This document shows, one piece after another, positions 55,601 to 64,000 of a stretch of 64,000 nucleotides of DNA (positions within the stretch are counted from its first letter, which is position 1; the number at the start of each line of letters is the position of its first letter). The position numbers and the translations under genes are program-made. Below the pieces are notes generated by a model, which saw nothing but the letters and a program-made list of their open reading frames with translations, was not told the origin of the DNA and ran no database searches. This DNA is from the human T2T-CHM13v2.0 reference genome, Homo sapiens: the NCBI RefSeq assembly GCF_009914755.1, contig NC_060942.1. One strand, written 5' to 3'.

Positions 55601-58600
55601 CTGCAAGTGGATATTTGGCTAGTTTTGAGGATTTCGTTGGAAGCGGGAATTCATACAAATTGCAGACTGCAGCGTTCTGAGAAACATCTTTGTGATGTTT
55701 GTATTCAGGACACAGAGTTGAACATTCCCTATCATAGAGCAGGTTGGGATCACTCCTTTTGTAGTATCTGGAAGTGGACATTTGGAGCGCTTTCAGGCCT
55801 ATGTTGAAAAAGGAAAAATCTTCCCATAACAACTAGACAGAAGCATTCTCAGAAACTTGTTGATGATGTGTTTCCTCTACTGACAGAGTTGAACCTTTCT
55901 TTTCATAGAGCAGTTTCGAAACACTCTTTTTGTAGAATCTGCAAGAGGATATTTGCATAGCTCTGAGGATTTCGTGGGAAACGGGATTGTCTTCAGGTAA
56001 AACCTAGACAGAAGCATTCTCAGAAACTTCTTCGGGATGTTTGCATTCAAGTCACAGAGTAGAACATTCCCTTTGGTAGAGCAGGTTTGAAACACTCTTT
56101 TTGTCGTATCTGGAAGTGGACATTTGTTGCGCTTTCAGGCCTATGTTGGAAAGGGAAATATCTTCCCGTAACAACTAGGCAGAAGCATTCTCAGAAACTT
56201 ATTTGAGATGTGTGTACTCAACTAAGAGAATTGAACCACCGTTTTGAAGGAGCAGTTTGGAAACACTCTTTTTCTGGAATCTGCAAGAGGATATTTGCCT
56301 AGCTTTGAGGATTTCGTTGGAAAAGGGATTGTCTTCAGATCAAATCTAGACAGAAGCATTCTCAGAAACTTCTTTGGGATGTTTGCATTCAAGTCACAGA
56401 GTAGAACATTCCTTTGGTAGAGCAGGTTTGAAACACTCTTTTTTTAGTATATGGAAGTGGACATTTGGAGCGCTTTCAGGCCTACGTTGGAAAAGGAAAT
56501 ATCTTCCCATAACAACTAGACAGAAGCATTCTCGGAAACTAGTTTCTGATGTGTGTCCTCAACTAACACAGTTGAACATTTCTTTAGACAGAACAGTTTT
56601 GAAACACTCTTTTTGTGGAATCTGCAAGTGGATATTTGGCTAGATTTGAGGATTTCGTTGGAAACGGGATTACATATAAAAAGCAGACAGCAGCATTCTC
56701 AGAAACTTCTTTGTGATGATTGCATTCAAGTCACAGTATTGAACATTCCCTTTCACAGAGCAGGTTTGAAACACTCTTTTTGTAGTGTGTGTAAGTGGAC
56801 ATTTGGAGCGCTTTCCGGCCTAAGGTGAACAAGGAAATATCTTCCCATAAAAACTAGACAGAAGCATTCTCAGAAACTTACTCGTGATGTGTGTCCTCAA
56901 CTAAAGGAGTAGAACCTTTCTTTTCATAGAGAAGTTTTGAAACGCTCTTTTTGTGGAATCTGCAAGTGGATATTTGGCTAGTTTGGAGGATTTCGTTGGA
57001 AGCGGGAATTCATACAAGATGCAGACTGCAGCGTTCTGAGAAACATCTTTGTGATGTTTGTATTCAGGACACAGAGTTGAACATTCCCTATCATAGAGCA
57101 GGTTTGAATCACTCCTTTTGTAGTATCTGGAAGTGGACATTTGGAGCGCTTTCAGGCCTATGTTGGAAAAGGAAATATCTTCCCATAACAACTAGACAGA
57201 AGCATTCCCAGAAACTTATTTGAGATGTGTGTACTCAACTAAGAGAATTGAACCACCGTTTTGAAGGAGCAGTTTGGAAACTCTCTTTTTCTGGAATCTG
57301 CAAGTGGATATTTGGCTAGCTTTGGGGATTTCGCTGGAAGCGGGAATACATATAAAAAGCACACAGCAGCGTTCTGAGAAACTGCTTTCTGATGTTTGCA
57401 TTCAAGTCAAAAGTTGAACACTCCCTTTCATAGAGCAGTCTTGAAACACCCCTTTTGTAGTATCTGGAACTGGACATTTGGAGCGCTTTCAGGGCTAAGG
57501 TGAAAAAGGAAATATCTTCCCATAAAAACTGGACAGAAGCATTCTCAGAAACTTGTTTATGCTGTATCTGCTCAACTAACAAAGTTGAACCTTTCTTTTG
57601 ATAGAGCAGTTTTGAAATGCTCTTTTTGTGGAATCTGCAAGTGGATATTTGGCTAGTTTTGAGGATTTCGTTGGAAGCGGGAATTCATACAAATTGCAGA
57701 CTGCAGCGTTCTGAGAAACATCTTTGTGATGTTTGTATTCAGGACACAGAGTTGAACATTCCCTATCATAGAGCAGGTTGGGATCACTCCTTTTGTAGTA
57801 TCTGGAAGTGGACATTTGGAGCGCTTTCAGGCCTATGTTGAAAAAGGAAAAATCTTCCCATAACAACTAGACAGAAGCATTCTCAGAAACTTGTTGGTGA
57901 TGTGTTTCCTCTACTGACAGAGTTGAACCTTTCTTTTCATAGAGCAGTTTCGAAACACTCTTTTTGTAGAATCTGCAAGAGGATATTTGCATAGCTCTGA
58001 GGATTTCGTGGGAAACGGGATTGTCTTCAGGTAAAATCTAGACAGAAGCATTCTCAGAAACTTCTTCGGGATGTTTGCATTCAAGTCACAGAGTAGAACA
58101 TTCCCTTTGGTAGAACAGGTTTGAAACACTCTTTTTGTCGTATCTGGAAGTGGACATTTGTTGCGCTTTCAGGCCTATGTTGGAAAGGGAAATATCTTCC
58201 CGTAACAACTAGGCAGAAGCATTCTCAGAAACTTATTTGAGATGTGTGTACTCAACTAAGAGAATTGAACCACCGTTTTGAAGGAGCAGTTTGGAAACAC
58301 TCTTTTTCTGGAATCTGCAAGAGGATATTTGCCTAGCTTTGAGGATTTCGTTGGAAAAGGGATTGTCTTCAGATCAAATCTAGACAGAAGCATTCTCAGA
58401 AACTTCTTTGGGATGTTTGCATTCAAGTCACAGAGTAGAACATTCCTTTGGTAGAGCAGGTTTGAAACACTCTTTTTTTAGTATATGGAAGTGGACATTT
58501 GGAGCGCTTTCAGGCCTACGTTGGAAAAGGAAATATCTTCCCATAACAACTAGACAGAAGCATTCTCAGAAACTAGTTTCTGATGTGTGTCCTCAACTAA

Positions 58601-61600
58601 CACAGTTGAACATTTCTTTAGACAGAACAGTTTTGAAACACTCTTTTTGTGGAATCTGCAAGTGGATATTTGGCTAGATTTGAGGATTTCGTTGGAAACG
58701 GGATTACATATAAAAAGCAGACAGCAGCATTCTCAGAAACTTCTTTGTGATGATTGCATTCAAGTCACAGAATTGAACATTCCCTTTCACAGAGCAGGTT
58801 TGAAACACTCTTTTTGTAGTGTGTGTAAGTGGACATTTGGAGCGCTTTCCGGCCTAAGGTGAACAAGGAAATATCTTCCCATAAAAACTAGACAGAAGCA
58901 TTCTCAGAAACTTACTCGTGATGTGTGTCCTCAACTAAAGGAGTAGAACCTTTCTTTTCATAGAGAAGTTTTGAAACGCTCTTTTTGTGGAATCTGCAAG
59001 TGGATATTTGGCTAGTTTGGAGGATTTCGTTGGAAGCGGGAATTCATACAAGATGCAGACTGCAGCGTTCTGAGAAACATCTTTGTGATGTTTGTATTCA
59101 GGACACAGAGTTGAACATTCCCTATCATAGAGCAGGTTTGAATCACTCCTTTTGTAGTATCTGGAAGTGGACATTTGGAGCGCTTTCAGGCCTATGTTGG
59201 AAAAGGAAATATCTTCCCATAACAACTAGACAGAAGCATTCCCAGAAACTTATTTGAGATGTGTGTACTCAACTAAGAGAATTGAACCACCGTTTTGAAG
59301 GAGCAGTTTGGAAACACTCTTTTTCTGGAATCTGCAAGTGGATATTTGGCTAGCTTTGGGGATTTCGCTGGAAGCGGGAATACATATAAAAAGCACACAG
59401 CAGCGTTCTGAGAAACTGCTTTCTGATGTTTGCATTCAAGTCAAAAGTTGAACACTCCCTTTCATAGAGCAGTCTTGAAACACCCCTTTTGTAGTATCTG
59501 GAACTAGAAATTTGGAGCGCTTTCAGGGCTAAGGTGAAAAAGGAAATATCTTCCCATAAAAACTGGACAGAAGCATTCTCAGAAACTTGTTTATGCTGTA
59601 TCTGCTCAACTAACAAAGTTGAACCTTTCTTTTGATAGAGCAGTTTTGAAATGCTCTTTTTGTGGAATCTGCAAGTGGATATTTGGCTAGTTTTGAGGAT
59701 TTCGTTGGAAGCGGGAATTCATACAAATTGCAGACTGCAGCGTTCTGAGAAACATCTTTGTGATGTTTGTATTCAGGACACAGAGTTGAACATTCCCTAT
59801 CATAGAGCAGGTTGGGATCACTCCTTTTGTAGTATCTGGAAGTGGACATTTGGAGCGCTTTCAGGCCTATGTTGAAAAAGGAAAAATCTTCCCATAACAA
59901 CTAGACAGAAGCATTCTCAGAAACTTGTTGATGATGTGTTTCCTCTACTGACAGAGTTGAACCTTTCTTTTCATAGAGCAGTTTCGAAACACTCTTTTTG
60001 TAGAATCTGCAAGAGGATATTTGCATAGCTCTGAGGATTTCGTGGGAAACGGGATTGTCTTCAGGTAAAATCTAGACAGAAGCATTCTCAGAAACTTCTT
60101 CGGGATGTTTGCATTCAAGTCACAGAGTAGAACATTCCCTTTGGTAGAGCAGGTTTGAAACACTCTTTTTGTCGTATCTGGAAGTGGACATTTGTTGCGC
60201 TTTCAGGCCTATGTTGGAAAGGGAAATATCTTCCCGTAACAACTAGGCAGAAGCATTCTCAGAAACTTATTTGAGATGTGTGTACTCAACTAAGAGAATT
60301 GAACCACCGTTTTGAAGGAGCAGTTTGGAAACACTCTTTTTCTGGAATCTGCAAGAGGATATTTGCCTAGCTTTGAGGATTTCGTTGGAAAAGGGATTGT
60401 CTTCAGATCAAATCTAGACAGAAGCATTCTCAGAAACTTCTTTGGGATGTTTGCATTCAAGTCACAGAGTAGAACATTCCTTTGGTAGAGCAGGTTTGAA
60501 ACACTCTTTTTTTAGTATATGGAAGTGGACATTTGGAGCGCTTTCAGGCCTACGTTGGAAAAGGAAATATCTTCCCATAACAACTAGACAGAAGCATTCT
60601 CGGAAACTAGTTTCTGATGTGTGTCCTCAACTAACACAGTTGAACATTTCTTTAGACAGAACAGTTTTGAAACACTCTTTTTGTGGAATCTGCAAGTGGA
60701 TATTTGGCTAGATTTGAGGATTTCGTTGGAAACGGGATTACATATAAAAAGCAGACAGCAGCATTCTCAGAAACTTCTTTGTGATGATTGCATTCAAGTC
60801 ACAGTATTGAACATTCCCTTTCACAGAGCAGGTTTGAAACACTCTTTTTGTAGTGTGTGTAAGTGGACATTTGGAGCGCTTTCCGGCCTAAGGTGAACAA
60901 GGAAATATCTTCCCATAAAAACTAGACAGAAGCATTCTCAGAAACTTACTCGTGATGTGTGTCCTCAACTAAAGGAGTAGAACCTTTCTTTTCATAGAGA
61001 AGTTTTGAAACGCTCTTTTTGTGGAATCTGCAAGTGGATATTTGGCTAGTTTGGAGGATTTCGTTGGAAGCGGGAATTCATACAAGATGCAGACTGCAGC
61101 GTTCTGAGAAACATCTTTGTGATGTTTGTATTCAGGACACAGAGTTGAACATTCCCTATCATAGAGCAGGTTTGAATCACTCCTTTTGTAGTATCTGGAA
61201 GTGGACATTTGGAGCGCTTTCAGGCCTATGTTGGAAAAGGAAATATCTTCCCATAACAACTAGACAGAAGCATTCCCAGAAACTTATTTGAGATGTGTGT
61301 ACTCAACTAAGAGAATTGAACCACCGTTTTGAAGGAGCAGTTTGGAAACTCTCTTTTTCTGGAATCTGCAAGTGGATATTTGGCTAGCTTTGGGGATTTC
61401 GCTGGAAGCGGGAATACATATAAAAAGCACACAGCAGCGTTCTGAGAAACTGCTTTCTGATGTTTGCATTCAAGTCAAAAGTTGAACACTCCCTTTCATA
61501 GAGCAGTCTTGAAACACCCCTTTTGTAGTATCTGGAACTGGACATTTGGAGCGCTTTCAGGGCTAAGGTGAAAAAGGAAATATCTTCCCATAAAAACTGG

Positions 61601-64000
61601 ACAGAAGCATTCTCAGAAACTTGTTTATGCTGTATCTGCTCAACTAACAAAGTTGAACCTTTCTTTTGATAGAGCAGTTTTGAAATGCTCTTTTTGTGGA
61701 ATCTGCAAGTGGATATTTGGCTAGTTTTGAGGATTTCGTTGGAAGCGGGAATTCATACAAATTGCAGACTGCAGCGTTCTGAGAAACATCTTTGTGATGT
61801 TTGTATTCAGGACACAGAGTTGAACATTCCCTATCATAGAGCAGGTTGGGATCACTCCTTTTGTAGTATCTGGAAGTGGACATTTGGAGCGCTTTCAGGC
61901 CTATGTTGAAAAAGGAAAAATCTTCCCATAACAACTAGACAGAAGCATTCTCAGAAACTTGTTGGTGATGTGTTTCCTCTACTGACAGAGTTGAACCTTT
62001 CTTTTCATAGAGCAGTTTCGAAACACTCTTTTTGTAGAATCTGCAAGAGGATATTTGCATAGCTCTGAGGATTTCGTGGGAAACGGGATTGTCTTCAGGT
62101 AAAATCTAGACAGAAGCATTCTCAGAAACTTCTTCGGGATGTTTGCATTCAAGTCACAGAGTAGAACATTCCCTTTGGTAGAGCAGGTTTGAAACACTCT
62201 TTTTGTCGTATCTGGAAGTGGACATTTGTTGCGCTTTCAGGCCTATGTTGGAAAGGGAAATATCTTCCCGTAACAACTAGGCAGAAGCATTCTCAGAAAC
62301 TTATTTGAGATGTGTGTACTCAACTAAGAGAATTGAACCACCGTTTTGAAGGAGCAGTTTGGAAACACTCTTTTTCTGGAATCTGCAAGAGGATATTTGC
62401 CTAGCTTTGAGGATTTCGTTGGAAAAGGGATTGTCTTCAGATCAAATCTAGACAGAAGCATTCTCAGAAACTTCTTTGGGATGTTTGCATTCAAGTCACA
62501 GAGTAGAACATTCCTTTGGTAGAGCAGGTTTGAAACACTCTTTTTTTAGTATATGGAAGTGGACATTTGGAGCGCTTTCAGGCCTACGTTGGAAAAGGAA
62601 ATATCTTCCCATAACAACTAGACAGAAGCATTCTCAGAAACTAGTTTCTGATGTGTGTCCTCAACTAACACAGTTGAACATTTCTTTAGACAGAACAGTT
62701 TTGAAACACTCTTTTTGTGGAATCTGCAAGTGGATATTTGGCTAGATTTGAGGATTTCGTTGGAAACGGGATTACATATAAAAAGCAGACAGCAGCATTC
62801 TCAGAAACTTCTTTGTGATGATTGCATTCAAGTCACAGAATTGAACATTCCCTTTCACAGAGCAGGTTTGAAACACTCTTCTTGTAGTGTGTGTAAGTGG
62901 ACATTTGGAGCGCTTTCCGGCCTAAGGTGAACAAGGAAATATCTTCCCATAAAAACTAGACAGAAGCATTCTCAGAAACATACTCGTGATGTGTGTCCTC
63001 AACTAAAGGAGTAGAACCTTTCTTTTCATAGAGAAGTTTTGAAACGCTCTTTTTGTGGAATCTGCAAGTGGATATTTGGCTAGTTTTGAGGATTTCGTTG
63101 GAAGCGGGAATTCATACAAGATGCAGACTGCAGCGTTCTGAGAAACATCTTTGTGATGTTTGTATTCAGGACACAGAGTTGAACATTCCCTATCATAGAG
63201 CAGGTTTGAATCACTCCTTTTGTAGTATCTGGAAGTGGACATTTGGAGCGCTTTCAGGCCTATGTTGGAAAAGGAAATATCTTCCCATAGCAACTAGACA
63301 GAAGCATTCCCAGAAACTTATTTGAGATGTGTGTACTCAACTAAGAGAATTGAACCACCGTTTTGAAGGAGCAGTTTGGAAACACTCTTTTTCTGGAATC
63401 TGCAAGTGGATATTTGGCTAGCTTTGGGGATTTCGCTGGAAGCGGGAATACATATAAAAAGCACACAGCAGCGTTCTGAGAAACTGCTTTCTGATGTTTG
63501 CATTCAAGTCAAAAGTTGAACACTCCCTTTCATAGAGCAGTCTTGAAACACCCCTTTTGTAGTATCTGGAACTGGAAATTTGGAGCGCTTTCAGGGCTAA
63601 GGTGAAAAAGGAAATATCTTCCCATAAAAACTGGACAGAAGCATTCTCAGAAACTTGTTTATGCTGTATCTGCTCAACTAACAAAGTTGAACCTTTCTTT
63701 TGATAGAGCAGTTTTGAAATGCTCTTTTTGTGGAATCTGCAAGTGGATATTTGGCTAGTTTTGAGGATTTCGTTGGAAGCGGGAATTCATACAAATTGCA
63801 GACTGCAGCGTTCTGAGAAACATCTTTGTGATGTTTGTATTCAGGACACAGAGTTGAACATTCCCTATCATAGAGCAGGTTGGGATCACTCCTTTTGTAG
63901 TATCTGGAAGTGGACATTTGGAGCGCTTTCAGGCCTATGTTGAAAAAGGAAAAATCTTCCCATAACAACTAGACAGAAGCATTCTCAGAAACTTGTTGGT

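Larger units (their letters stand above)
1..64000 (+). repeat. Centromeric alpha-satellite array, dimeric (SF2-like) HOR, probably D18Z1 / S2C18H1L
   Basis: Tandem ~171-bp monomers beginning cattctcagaaact / cgttctgagaaac throughout. A CENP-B box occurs in every other monomer. The ORF track recurs at 2034-bp spacing. There are two EcoRI sites (gggaattcatac) per HOR, spaced 675 and 1359 bp. Alpha-satellite identity is certain; the chromosome 18 assignment is from recalled HOR size and restriction pattern (about 0.8). Confidence 0.98.
11779..64000 (+). repeat. Homogeneous run of 25 complete 12-mer HORs (11779-62628) plus a partial 26th
   Basis: The marker ORF recurs exactly every 2034 bp from 11805 to 62655. 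Monomer lengths in H1: 167,171,167,171,167,170,167,171,171,171,171,170 (sum 2034). Confidence 0.97.

Noticed and set aside
63285-63296. cataGcaact in dimer B of H26 matching the variant in dimer D at 4295/7688
   Set aside because: A single transition in a paralogous monomer ~55 kb away cannot be distinguished from recurrent mutation.
259-63968. Several hundred 61-96 aa ORFs on both strands
   Set aside because: They recur with the HOR period, overlap in conflicting frames, often use non-ATG starts and show no recognisable domains. They are chance translations of alpha satellite.
1-64000. CRISPR-like repeat/spacer array (recurrent agacagaagcattctcagaaact)
   Set aside because: The intervening sequences are homologous monomers, not unique spacers, and there are no cas genes.
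1-64000. Inversion or LINE/Alu insertion
   Set aside because: All monomers and CENP-B boxes are in one orientation. Spacing is fully accounted for by 1017/1359/2034-bp units, and no poly-A tail or foreign sequence was seen.
1-64000. Assignment to DXZ1 (also a 12-mer of ~2 kb)
   Set aside because: DXZ1 is pentamer-based (SF3) and ~2057 bp. This array is strictly dimeric with a 2034-bp period.

Overview
The whole 64 kb window is one uninterrupted, single-orientation primate (very probably human) centromeric alpha-satellite array, with no genes, RNA genes or transposon insertions visible. Monomers of 167-171 bp alternate between a CENP-B-box type and a box-less (pJalpha-like) type. They form a 2034-bp, 12-monomer higher-order repeat (HOR) of six dimers, labelled here A-F. 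The dimeric SF2-like sequence, the 12-mer/8-mer structure and the EcoRI spacing of 675+1359 bp best fit the chromosome 18 active array D18Z1 (S2C18H1L); this is from recall, not a search. Layout: a divergent, non-canonically ordered segment (1-1599), a mixed zone of 8-mers (1359 bp) and 12-mers (1600-11778), then 25 full 12-mers at constant spacing plus a partial copy (11779-64000; H1-H26). All ORFs in the track are repeat-translation artefacts. I found no new protein-coding system. The structure worth a second look is in the array's evolution: two independent origins of the 8-mer, a CENP-B box mutation inside one junction interval, an SNV haplotype boundary near 9-10 kb, and multi-HOR duplications of 3393, 4068 and possibly 6102 and 8136 bp.
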